Source: Phoronis australis
Taxonomy: Eukaryota > Animalia > Phoronida
Length of the DNA stretch: 64,000 nt
Direction: 5' to 3'
Assembly (NCBI GenBank): GCA_002633005.1
Contig: NMRA01000002.1
Location: 264,044-328,043 of the forward strand
The translations under genes and the position numbers were made by a program. Position 1 is the stretch's first letter. Every line of letters begins with the position of its first letter. Shown piece after piece: positions 1 to 10,070 of this stretch. The notes below the pieces were generated by a model. It made no database searches and had not been told where the DNA came from. It saw only the letters and a list, made by a program, of their open reading frames with translations.

Positions 1-113
1 CAAAGCATGCCGGGAATGCTCTCCTCAGTAGGAACACACCTGCTGCTTTCATCATGATTCTTCAAGCAGTTTGAAGGATAGGGAGGCAGACAATGAATGA
101 CAAAAATGCAAAC
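1..113 (-). CDS. Candidate exon of the minus-strand gene (runs off the window start)
   Basis: There is a ttattag acceptor at 114-115 on the minus strand. Phase 0 continues from exon 593-720 and is open (VCIFVIHCLPPYPSNCLKNHDESSRCVPTEESIPGML), while the other two frames contain stops. The peptide is not convincingly natural, so a frameshift is possible. Confidence 0.35.
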
Positions 114-179
114 CTAATAAAATACTACAAGGGAGTATGGTTTATTTCAAATCTGTCTGAACAGGGCAGGTGCTGTCAT

Positions 180-401
180 CTCCACCATGGTAACTTGCCA
201 AATTTCAAAAACACTCATCTAGAAACTACGTAGACGAGACAAACGCATAGAAAACAAAAATTAATTGCCACTAGGGGGCTCCACAGTAGTTAGATTTGTC
301 CCAGGTTAATTGTGCTCTCCTTAGCAGGAGCACACACCAAATTTTATGAAGATTCATCAAGAACTTGTTAGATGCAAAAATAAAATTGCCACTAGGTGAC
401 A
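180..401 (-). repeat. Fragment of the modular repeat family also found at 15830-18350 (CCACTAGGGGGC-containing units)
   Basis: The reverse complement matches the units at ~15985 and ~17780 (aactactgtgg..ccc(c/t)ctagtggcaatt..ttt, atgaaatttgg). This explains spurious ORF 271-504. Confidence 0.65.
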
Positions 402-592
402 CTACCCGTATCACATATACCAAAAAATTGAAACTTACAATGATATTATGAACAATCAAAAAGGTATGATCATGAAAACATGCCAGCAAAAAAGAAGCTT
501 TCATTAAACTAAACAGTCATAATAGTGACAATTAAACTGCATTATTTGAAAGAAAGTAAGAACAGGTAAATAACAAAGGGGACGATACTTAC

Positions 593-720
593 CACATGCT
601 CGTCCTGTTTCAAAATAGTAGCAAAGCTTTTTTCATCAACAACTGGGCCCATTGTGGAGATATCCACTGATTTCTTAACAGTTGACTTGCCAATTGGGAC
701 CCTACACTTGGCATAGTATT
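593..720 (-). CDS. Internal exon of an unidentified minus-strand gene; resembles the start of a thioredoxin-like domain
   Basis: Strong splice sites (ttacttttag acceptor, gtaagt donor) bound 128 nt with an open frame: (E)YYAKCRVPIGKSTVKKSVDISTMGPVVDEKSFATILKQDEHV. The DEKSFATILKQDEHVV segment resembles the helix-1/strand-2 start of PDI/thioredoxin domains (inference). Confidence 0.6.
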
Positions 721-798
721 CTAAAAGTAAAATTAAAGGTCAATATGTTTTGTTGCTGACAAATGCTATTCAAATGAAGAAAACAATTTTACTTACAC

Positions 799-857
799 CT
801 TTTGGTTGAAAGCTCCTATCTCTTTCAAGATAGACATTTCGCAAAACGGTCAAGCTG
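799..857 (-). CDS. Candidate small exon of the minus-strand gene
   Basis: It has a tttgtag acceptor and an open frame SLTVLRNVYLERDRSFQPK. It is in phase with 593-720 only if the AG|gtgtaa donor is used rather than the adjacent gtaagt. Confidence 0.35.
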
Positions 858-917
858 CTACAAAATACCTTTCGATTTAGATCACATGCCACATTGATGT
901 TAGTCTCAACTTGTTAC

Positions 918-1111
918 CTGGTTTCTGAGATTGAAAACAACTGAGAGACCAGATAATAAACAAGTTGACTTGTCGCAATGGGTCGTTTTATATGCTGAAC
1001 ATTGAGCAAAAATGAACTGTTCCAAGCCTTGAAAACTCTTACGGTTGGAGTATATAGTCAGTAGACAAGATGTTTTATACTGTAGTAAATATTCTAAATA
1101 AAACTTAATTT
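918..1111 (-). CDS. Candidate exon of the minus-strand gene (within ORF 906-1160)
   Basis: There is a CAG|gtaac donor at 917. The peptide EIKFY...YSNRKSFQGLEQFIFAQCS resembles a thioredoxin-domain C-terminus (YxGxRsxexLxxFIxxxC). The acceptor is uncertain. Confidence 0.3.
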
Positions 1112-1384
1112 CTCTGATAGGGTGCAGCTTTATAGCAGCCTTAAATACAAATTGATTCATTTTGAAAAGAAGTGTTCATCAGGGCATGCAGCAATGAGAG
1201 ACTTCCAAATCTCCATCATCCCAAAGCCTTTGATTAAACTCAGAAAAAGAGGGCCACCTCGATTCAAAGCATGCAAATTTTGTTTTATGGTGAAATAAAT
1301 CAAAACTCTGTGACCAGTAACAGTGCAATGTGCATATCTTTCTTCATTTCACTCTTTTCCCATATGGGAAGAATCATATCTTAC

Positions 1385-1437
1385 CCCTGGATAACTCTAT
1401 ACAGCAGACGTGGTGATGAAATGATGACCTTTTGAGC
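1385..1437 (-). CDS. Candidate exon of the minus-strand gene
   Basis: It has a GG|gtaaga donor and an open frame QKVIISSPRLLYRVIQG. The acceptor is weak or uncertain. Confidence 0.3.
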
Positions 1438-1851
1438 TTATAACAGTATTTTCAGCCTGGATGGGTTAACTAATCAAATAATGGGTTAGAATTTAACAGG
1501 AACAGTTGTAAATCATGATTGTCATTCGCACACAAGCCTACTCTTAGTCATGCAACTATCCCAGTTGGACTGTGTACCTAAACACACCTCAATAAAGGGT
1601 TTATGGTCCTGACTAAGACGATAACTGTTTCACTACCCCATGTGGATTCTCAGTAGCTGAGCCCAGAATGAGTGTATGTCACTTCCCTGCCAGCAACGAG
1701 AATTGCAAAGATAATCTTAAGAGAGCCCACCCCACGTCATTGTCACATAAAAAACTTGGGCCAATGGCACACTATAACTGTCATAATTTTCCTTGACTTT
1801 TTCTTATATTGCATTAAGAATCTAATACAAATAAAAACAAAGCAAAGCAAC

Positions 1852-2093
1852 GAGGAGGCAGTGAGTGTGGCCTGGTTGATAAGTGGCCGCTTTCTTTACT
1901 CGAGGTTGTGGGTTCAAGTCCCACCAGGTCACACTACTAAACCCTTGAGCCAGGTTTCTAGCTCCTCAGCTCGGTTTTAACCATATATTAGTAAAGCATA
2001 AAAATATTTCCAGGTAATCAGTGCAATGGGCCCACATGCGAGGCCTGCGCACGTCTGGTACAACGTGTATCAGACCGCCCGCAATTATTTTTT
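1852..2093 (+). mobile_element. tRNA-headed SINE-like element, copy 1
   Basis: It has an A-box-like TGGCCTGGTTG and a B-box GGTTCAAGTCC in a perfect T-arm (gtggg/cccac), but no anticodon stem. It is colinear with 21579-21817 along its whole length. Confidence 0.7.
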
Positions 2094-3114
2094 GTAAAAA
2101 GCAAAGCAACAATTTTTTGCAAAATGAGGTTTAGCATAGTGCAAAAGCACAGATCCCAACAATGGATTTATGTGTTTAGTTAAATAGGAATGAAGTTGGC
2201 CATAAGATCAATCTCTTTTCGTACTGAGATAGCACATTTAAATGCCACCTCCCAAAATCAAATAGAAAACGTCAGACATTCGACAAACGCGACTCATGGA
2301 TCCTAAAAATTTGCCCATAGGTATGACGCCATGTGGGTCCATTTGCAACATTTTATAAAATTCCATAGACTTGTAATGAAAATGCTGAGCTATAGATCTG
2401 GCACTAACCAGGGCAAGATGCTCGGCAGCTCTCTATGTCCTTATCACATAGCACATGGCATGGGGCGCAGGTGCCCAAGTAAATTGCGTGGCCTTCATGC
2501 GATTTATAGAACTTCCAACCGCACGGGTGGCCACTATCAGGAGGGGGTGTAATGCCAGCCTGTGTGTCTGAGCACTCACGGGCAATTTCTCCATTAGCAC
2601 CTAAAAAAGAAAGAAAATTAGAAACAAAACCCGTGACACAGCTGTTGTGTTCGTAGAACCAGTAAAACAACACAGGTGAGAGTAAAATATAATATGTCTA
2701 TTCACTTGAAGAACTAATACAAGAAGGGGGATGTACACATGGCTTGTGGGCATAAATACCAGGAGACTATATTCTAAGGAAAACCACAAGTAGCATTGTC
2801 AATACACAACATCCCTCTACCCTTAGCTAACTACTGCAAACCTAAATAAACATGGAGGAACACTTCAAACTAAACACAAATATGTATGTAACACACTATC
2901 AACAGTCATGTTTGTAAAAGGATACTAAGTGTCCAGACATAACTAAAATGATATATCACACTGCTGTGTGCTGTAAGGTGATCCTACTGATGACTGAAGC
3001 TAGTTATAATAAGTAGCAATTAAATGTTCAGTCTGTCTAGTTGGATTGATTTCCTTCCGTAACGGAACATGTCACAACTACAGACGAATCTGTTGGTGGA
3101 TTTTCTATGGGTAA

Positions 3115-3930
3115 TCATACGGTGGTAGCTTTCGAATCCGTAGTCGAATGCACATGATCAACCAAAGGCATAGAAGGTTGTTCTGTCACCCGAGTTGGCG
3201 GTACGAATGCTTGTGGCGGCGGTAAGTTACTTGGCGGTGGGCCAAACGTGGTTGAAGATGGGTTGTCTTCTGGTGTGCGTCGTACTATGTGGTCTGCGTG
3301 ATGCCTCCAAATCCGTTTATTGGGCAACTCCACCAAGAATGACACGGGTTCTCGCTGTTCTATGATCACACCAGAGACCCAGGTGGGTGAGCCGGCGAAG
3401 TTTCTCACAAGTACCGTGTCTCTGGCGCAAAAATCACGTGTGTCGTGTGCGTGTTCAGCACCTGAGTGTTTCAGTAGAACACGCTGTCTGAGGTCCGGCA
3501 CAGCTAAGTCCAAACGTGAACGCGACCTCTTCGACATTAATAATTCTGCGGGTGGTCTACCTGTTGCAGAGTGTGGTGTAATGCGATGACGCGCTAAGAA
3601 TGTGTAATGGCGGGTTTCCATGTCACCTTCCAACCTTACCATTCCGGTCTCGACAATTTTAACCGCAGCCTCGGCCGCACCATTACTCGCAAGGTGGTAC
3701 GGTGCACTAAACATATGCTTAATACCATTGTTCCCACAGAACTTGGCAAAATCAGCACAGGCGAAACCAGAACCGTTGTCAGACACAATCCCTACGGGCA
3801 GTCCATGTGTCGCAAAGCATTGACGTAATTTCCTGACTGTTGCCTTGGTTGAAGTACTGTTGGTGATATACGCGTCCATAAATTTATTGTGAGCGTCCAC
3901 AATTACAAGAATGAATTTCCCATTCTTCAT
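3115..3930 (-). pseudogene. Retrotransposon integrase, N-terminally truncated (core plus C-terminal region)
   Basis: Motifs ILVIVDAHNKF, GLPVGIVSDNG, SAPYHLASNGAAE, TPHSATGRPPAELL and VLVRNF..WVSGVI are present. The zinc finger and the first catalytic Asp (RLHIDF) are missing. Confidence 0.9.
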
Positions 3931-3951
3931 CGGACCTACGATTTGCTACGC

Positions 3952-4781
3952 TTATTTTAACGGTGTCAACTGTTGCTGGGACTTGCTGTCTATGCGATGC
4001 ATATTGTTGTAAACAGTCGAGCGATCTGACTGATCACTTCCGAGCCAGTTCGTGGAATTAGCCCTACCCCGTGGAGGCTTTGCGATCGGTTTTCTCTCCC
4101 CATGCTGGGCACTTTTGGCGATGCGTACACTGTCCCCCACAACCAACACACTTTTGTGCTTTTCCAAGGTTCCCACGTTTGTGATTGTGCCGGTACGGCT
4201 GTTTGTGAAGAACTGGCTGTTTTCCACGCACTTGGTGCGCAGTAACAGTACTTACAGTTTGTGGGGCCATGGCCAACCCTTGTTGGTTTGCCGCTTCTTG
4301 CGTGCGTCTATAAGTTAATAAATCCGCAATGCTAATCGTAGGTTCTGTGAGTCCTTTATGGTGCACTTTCTCTATCGTAGTCTTTTGAATAATCCTGTGA
4401 TTTGATTTCCCGATCAACGTCAGCGAAATCGTAATGTTTCGCAAGCATCCGTAGCCGAGCGCAAAACATATCTAAAGTTTCAGACGTGGTGAGGATGGCT
4501 TGTCGGAATTGGTAAACTTCTGTATTCTGCTTCGGTGAAAAATGGTGCGAAAGTTTCTTTTTCAATTGGTCGTATGTCTCATTTTCTTCTGTAGGAAGAG
4601 AATCGTTTATGACAAAGACTTCCTCGCCCGCATAGTGCAGAAGCGTGGCTTTCTTGCATGGATCCTGAGTAATGTTCTTTGCCACCAAATAATTGTCAAG
4701 TCGCTTATTCCACAATTCCCAACGGGAACCAGCCAACTCCGTGGGATGAAGAATAAATGGTTTTATCGAAAGATCTTCCAT
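3952..4781 (-). pseudogene. Retrotransposon gag, frameshifted
   Basis: The N-terminus MEDLSIKPF...RWELWNKRLDNYLVAKNIT...KKATLLHYAGEEVF is Mag-type, and a CCHC knuckle CVGCGGQCTHRQKCPAWG is present. The gene is split over ORFs 4356-4832, 4064-4444 and 3952-4227. Confidence 0.85.
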
Positions 4782-5487
4782 TTTTATCCTTGTCACCAAA
4801 ATGTTGTGTTCGTAGAACCAGTAAAACAACACAGGTGAGAGTAAAATATAATACGTCTATTCACTTGGAGAACTAATACAAGAAGGGGGACGAGCACGTG
4901 GCTTGTGGGCATAAATACCATGTGACTATATTCTAAGGAAAAACACAAGTAGCATTGTCAATACACAACAACAGCACCTTGTAGATTGTCAATAGATTTA
5001 TACAAGAACCTCTGATGTCATCAATTGTCCTTATTACGAGCATGAATTTTTGTTTGGTGTATGGCAACTACCATATTAATGATGACTAAAACTGATCACT
5101 AGTACACTGAAACAGGAGATTTATGGTTTGACATGTCAAATTTAATTCCTCGCAAACAGTTTTATCTGCCAAAAATGCTGTTTAACAAGCAGAGTTCACC
5201 TTAATAAATTCATTGCGGTAGATAATTGGCGTGCGATTCTTGATGCGGGACAGCCGATTGTTTGAACATTTAATGCCATTTTAAGTTGTAACTAAATTGC
5301 AATGAGCTGCCATACTTTGGGTAAGATGCAATAAGTCCAAATATTTTGGTGAAATTAATTATGTTAGTTTGAGATTATACTTTCTCTGATTTTTAGTACT
5401 CATATATAGTAAGAAAACGAACCAAACAAGAGGACTCGATTTTATAACCAATAAATAGAATTGCCAATCAATCAACTTAAAACGGAG

Positions 5488-6180
5488 GTTAGCCAGCCAG
5501 CTACCTAGCTGTATGAAGACTGTTGTCAAATTACAGCTAGGTCCCACAGTGTGTATTTCTTCCGTAGACCCCGAGATTGCACACAGCCATGGTAGTTCTG
5601 CTCGTCCACTTGCCGTGAAACATGTAGAGCTAAAGACCGGAAGGTGTGCATGCAATTTCTGGGAGTCAACCGACACTCACCTTACCCGTTACAGCCGTTT
5701 AAGTGAAAAGCAATACAACAAACGCCATTTTCTTGCGTAACTCTCCGCCTTTTCTAACAATGAAAAAGTATGTTGTCGTTTTGAAAACAGTACGCTCGTG
5801 TCACGCGCACGCGCCATTTCCTAAATTTTTGCGACATCTCTCGGGAGATGATGATAGCTTGGCAGCAGCAAAATTTCTTCTGAAATTCGGTTTTTCAGTA
5901 TCAAAATTCTAAAAACTTATAATGAAGTGAAACCAGTTTCGATAATTTGTTGTGACTTGCACGCAACCTCGTGAAAGAAGAACTGTACAGTTGATTGAAG
6001 AATCGGTGAAAGGAGAAACTGGCCAATAGGTGACGCAATATTTCATGGTACCAAAAGCAGTCGCTAAAGATCGCTCCACAACTTTAGCAGCAGAATAACG
6101 GTACAACGTCATTTTTGCCAACACCGTTAAATAATTTAGTTTACTCAAGGAAGACTAGTTTTTAATGACACTAATTTTGT
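5488..6180 (+). repeat. Interspersed repeat, paralogous to 14066-14726
   Basis: It is colinear but diverged relative to the second copy (e.g. gtgcatgcaa..tctgg..tcaacc.acactcacctt.ccc.ttacagccg; gccaataggtgacgcaatatttc). Both copies lead to a tacag(c/t)tttg(t/c)accaaggcta terminus. Confidence 0.8.
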
Positions 6181-6252
6181 GTTAGATTTTATCTTACCAC
6201 TTTTTTACCCACATAGGTACAAAGCTGTATTTAACAAAGCTGTATATAAATA

Positions 6253-7740
6253 CCGTAATCGTTCCGGTTAACGCCCTGGGCGGTTAAATTGGCGAATCCA
6301 AAAAATCAGGGGAGGGCGGTTAACCGAGCAGCGGGCGGTTAAATCGAAAATCCACCTAAAGTAGGGGATGGTTAACCGAACATGGGCGCTTATTACGACA
6401 GACAACCGCCCTGGGCGGTTAATCTTACCTGGCGATCTAAATCCCGACACGACAATCATACTCGGAACGTGTAGCCCTTTTCAAAGAGCGTTATCGACAC
6501 GTCGCCAAATGACTGTGAAAACGTCATAACAGCGGATGATCCCAACAAAGGTTCTCTTGCCCTCATATTAGTCATTCACTATTAAATTTACAAAATTGCT
6601 GAGTAATAGCCCCGTGCCGTCCTGCGGTGCGCAGACGACCAGTGACCACGCAGCCTCCACTAGAATTAAAACTGTTTCAAGATGTGACCCTGCTTAAGTG
6701 CGCGCGTGCAAGCTTCACGTGTTGCAGAGGTCAGACATCAAANNNNNNNNNNNNNNNNNNNNNNNNNNNNNNNNNNNNNNNNNNNNNNNNNNNNNNNNNN
6801 NNNNNNNNNNNNNNNNNNNNNNNNNNNNNNNNAAAGGGGATGTGGAAACGATAATTCACACAGTCACGCTTACGTGGGGGCTGACGCAAGAAATAGTAAA
6901 GAACAGCCAGCGACATTAGTTAAATCTGCTAACCAGTTTGACTGAGATGCAATAAGCGAAAAACAAAATTTGACTAGCCGTTTTTTATTACTTCAAGATC
7001 ATACACAAACATACATTATTGCCAACGTTTGAATTCAGGTAGCAACGAAATCGGTAACCCAGTAAGGCACTTGTACGGTCCCTTCGGTCGCCCCACATCC
7101 TCTATAACCCGGCAGTTATATTCATCAAAATATTGAGAATTTGACAGCTTTCCGTGAGTTGTGAGATTAGTTCAAAATACGAGAGCTTCCCACCTTAATA
7201 GAATTTGGAGGGTTGGCAAAACCATTGTCACATTTCTCTGGCCTGATTTTTTCGAATATATGTTTTATCTAGTGCACAGCAGACGGAAACTCAGCGCGGT
7301 AGACAAAGTCGCTGAAAGCGGAGGTTTTGACGCCGGCGGTGTTCTTAAACTTTGCAAACAAGGGAAGAAAATAAAGTGACAAAAAGGTTCAAGTATTATA
7401 TTTTGAAGTGAGTTCATGACCCAAGACAATAACTCGTTACCTGTATTGTAATTCAGATTGCTAAACCACAGTCTCGGAGTCCCGGCGTCGTTGCACTCAT
7501 CGTGATCATCGATCTTTTTCTAAAAGTCGGGGAATCGCGTGTTTCCTTAGCACTAGGCGCTAAATCTTCATTCTTTAAAAGTCGGGGAAGGGCGCTTAAC
7601 CGAGAGGTGGGCGCTTAACTGGAAATCTTCAAAAATCGCAGGGGGCGCTTAACCGAGCAGTGGGCGGTTAAATCGAAAATCCACTTAAAGTCGGGGATGG
7701 GTGGTTAACTGAGCATGGGCATTAACTCGAACGATTACGG
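6253..7740. mobile_element. Tc2/pogo-type (Tc1-mariner) non-autonomous DNA transposon, spanning the assembly gap
   Basis: TIRs CCGTAATCGTTC...GAACGATTACGG are flanked by TA on both sides. Many GGGCG(G/C)TTAA subterminal motifs occur at both ends. Confidence 0.8.
6743..6832. other. Assembly gap (90 N)
   Basis: Run of N. Confidence 0.99.
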
Positions 7741-8718
7741 TATACAGCTTTGTTATATACAGCTTTGTACCAAGGCTAAGCGGAGGTATGCTTGCCTTTG
7801 TCAAAAAACTAACATGTGACTTAGGGCAGTTACTATAAATATGGGTCCAGAGTACAATCTTTGTACTTGAAATCAGATTTCAAATTACGTTGATATTTTT
7901 GTTATACCAATTAGTACAAAGTCAAAATAAGTTCTATTTTTTTGCACTCAACAATATTGTGGTTTATGCAGAGTGTGTAGTCCAAATATGCAATTGATGA
8001 CCTTGAAATTAGAGCTATGCAAAGTCGAGAAAAGTCTTCGAAATTTCGAGTTCAGACAAGAGCTCTTCACTTTAATGCTGGGGTCATTAAGTGCAAACTG
8101 AGACTATGCAACTAACCACATAAACCAAAATGTACTTGAGGTCTTGTTGATGCAAAACTAAAACTAACAAAAATAAATTTGAGTTTGATTTTGAGTAGAT
8201 TAGACCCCGTGCTGAGGCCAATTTTATAGTGGAAATCAAGTTCTTCGAAGATGGATTTACAGTTATTAAATCTTAAATGGAATGAATGGGAAATTTTAGC
8301 ACAAGTTTCTCCGCTCACAGATAAGGCCAGATTGCTTTAAGTTTCATTGTATCAATTTCATTCAAAAGAATTTCCACGAGACTTGGGTGTTAAAGCTTCA
8401 TTTATCCCTGTACTATCCAAAAACACATGGCTCACAAACAATAACATGAAGGGTCATGAAGCTGTTACCAATGTTAACTGATCTAGCCCGAGAGGTGAAT
8501 ACTTTGAGAACACTGAACTGTACTCTTCTTAGATTACACGGCAACTGGCGTACAAAATAACCCCCTCCAAAGGACCTTAGGTTGCAATTTGTGAGATGCA
8601 GATAGGTAGTGTGAGTATTTAGTGTACAGCTTTGTACCGAGGCTAGGTTGTGTCCAATGCTAAGACATTGTCATTGAAGTCATTGAACAAAAAAATAATA
8701 GTTTTGGCATAAACTCAC

Positions 8719-8758
8719 TTGTCAAACAGGCGACGAATATCACGAACAAAGAGTCCAT
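8719..8758 (-). CDS. Candidate first coding exon of the minus-strand gene, copy 1 (MDSLFVIFVACLT)
   Basis: It runs from ATG to an A|gtgagt donor. Relative to copy 2 it has an in-frame 12-nt deletion. Confidence 0.5.
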
Positions 8759-8965
8759 TCAGTGCGTGAATCAAACGGGGAATGAATGGCCACTGGTCTT
8801 TAAACGGGTGAATTTTCCGTGTGTCACGAATTTCCCCTTACCCAACATTTTATTAGTCTTTTAAAAGTTTTAGGCACACACCAGAGGCCCCTCGTTGGTT
8901 CCCTAGCACGAGCACCACCTAGCGGCTTCTCATTTTTGTTAAGATCAAGGTCGTAAACTTTAAAA
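8759..8965. promoter_or_regulatory. Bidirectional promoter region, copy 1
   Basis: There are 207 bp between the divergent ATGs. A CTCF-like GCCGCTAGGTGGTGC lies on the minus strand (8912-8926) and a YY1-like AAAATGGCG overlaps the BLOC1S2 ATG. Confidence 0.5.
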
Positions 8966-9005
8966 ATGGCGGATAACGATGAGGAAGTTCGAAAGGATGT
9001 CACAG
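8966..9005 (+). CDS. BLOC1S2: BLOC1S2 exon 1, duplicate copy (MADNDEEVRKDVT)
   Basis: Identical to 12097-12136, with a CAG|gtaatg donor. Confidence 0.75.
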
Positions 9006-9197
9006 GTAATGCATTTCTGTCTGGTTCTGGATATGCATGTCGCCAAGTAGCACCTAAGAAGCTGCGTAGTAATTGATGTTATAGTTAGAGTTAAAAAAAC
9101 AAAATTCTAAGGGTTTTACGATGTACGGTAACACGGTCGAGCGTCCTCAGCCGTCTGATCGTCGAAGGTATGACACTCGGGACTACAAATTCCACGG

Positions 9198-10070
9198 TAG
9201 GCAATGACCATCGCCTCTGTTGGTCCGAACCAGAGGCGATGTAGAGGCTATAGGCGCTCTGCCTCGCACCGACTAAACCATCAAAGCCACGTTGTTATAA
9301 CTACCTTTTGCGCATAGACGAACACCTTAGGAGGTTGTCGATGTGTTTAAGTTCTTCCAACTCGAACAAATACTCCCGTTATGAAACTTTTTCTTCGAGC
9401 AGTCCCTATTTCAGTTCCCAAAATCGTGAAATCAACTTTTTCATTTTTTTAACCAGGCCGAAGGTCAGAAGTTGCGGACCTACCGGCGAACTTTGAAAGC
9501 TGAAGTTCCCGCCCTTCGCGTACGTGCTGCCGGGAACCAGCCGTGCATTTGCCGTGTTGTTAAACATTAAAATGTCAAATATGTGCACAAAGACTATTAA
9601 ATGTCATATCAACAGCATTTATTTTTATCAAATACAAACAATAATTCATTGAAATACAATCAGTTTCAAGTAACGCCAATTAAAGACAAGTATAAGTGGT
9701 GGCATTTTGGAAACGAACATTTGACTGACAAGACCGCAATGGCTCACCTTTGGCCTATTTAAAGATTGAGGTCATGAATTGGAGCGTGCGAAGTATAAAA
9801 AATGGTGAGTTCACGATTTTGGGAACTGAAATAGGGACTGCTCGAAGAAAAAGTTTCATAACGGGAGTATTTGTTCGAGTTGGAAGAACTTAAACACATC
9901 GACAACCTCCTAAGGTGTTCGTCTATGCGTAAAAGGTAGTTATAACAACGTGGCTTTGTTGGTTTAGTCGGTGCGAGGCATAATTCGCCGAAAAGCTTCC
10001 GGCGTACAGAGCGCCTATAGCCTCTACATCGCCTCTGGTTCGGGCCAACAGAGGCGATGGTCATTGCCTA
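9198..10070. mobile_element. Non-autonomous DNA transposon with ~235-260-bp TIRs and a 9-bp TSD (AcademH-like or MULE-like)
   Basis: Termini are TAGGCAATGACC...GGTCATTGCCTA, with TSD ATTCCACGG at 9189-9197 and 10071-10079. The empty site (one ATTCCACGG) is present in copy 2 near 12335. Confidence 0.92.

Larger units (their letters stand above)
2643..4970 (-). mobile_element. Internally deleted Gypsy/Ty3 LTR retrotransposon, Mag-like clade
   Basis: Two 169-bp LTRs (TGTTGTGT...ACACAACA; 2643-2811 and 4802-4970) differ at about 9 positions. A 5-bp TSD ACAGC flanks it (2638-2642, 4971-4975). The PPT AAGGGTAGAGGGA abuts the 3' LTR and the PBS TGGTGACAAGGAT abuts the 5' LTR. Gag and integrase remnants lie inside. 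Confidence 0.95.

Noticed and set aside
1861-1935. Functional tRNA gene (also 21587-21660)
   Set aside because: Only the T-arm pairs well. The anticodon and acceptor stems are broken, and both copies share a long non-tRNA tail, which points to a SINE.
9308-10064. Paired sense/antisense ORFs with identical peptides
   Set aside because: They are a by-product of the long TIRs of the 9198-10070 element.
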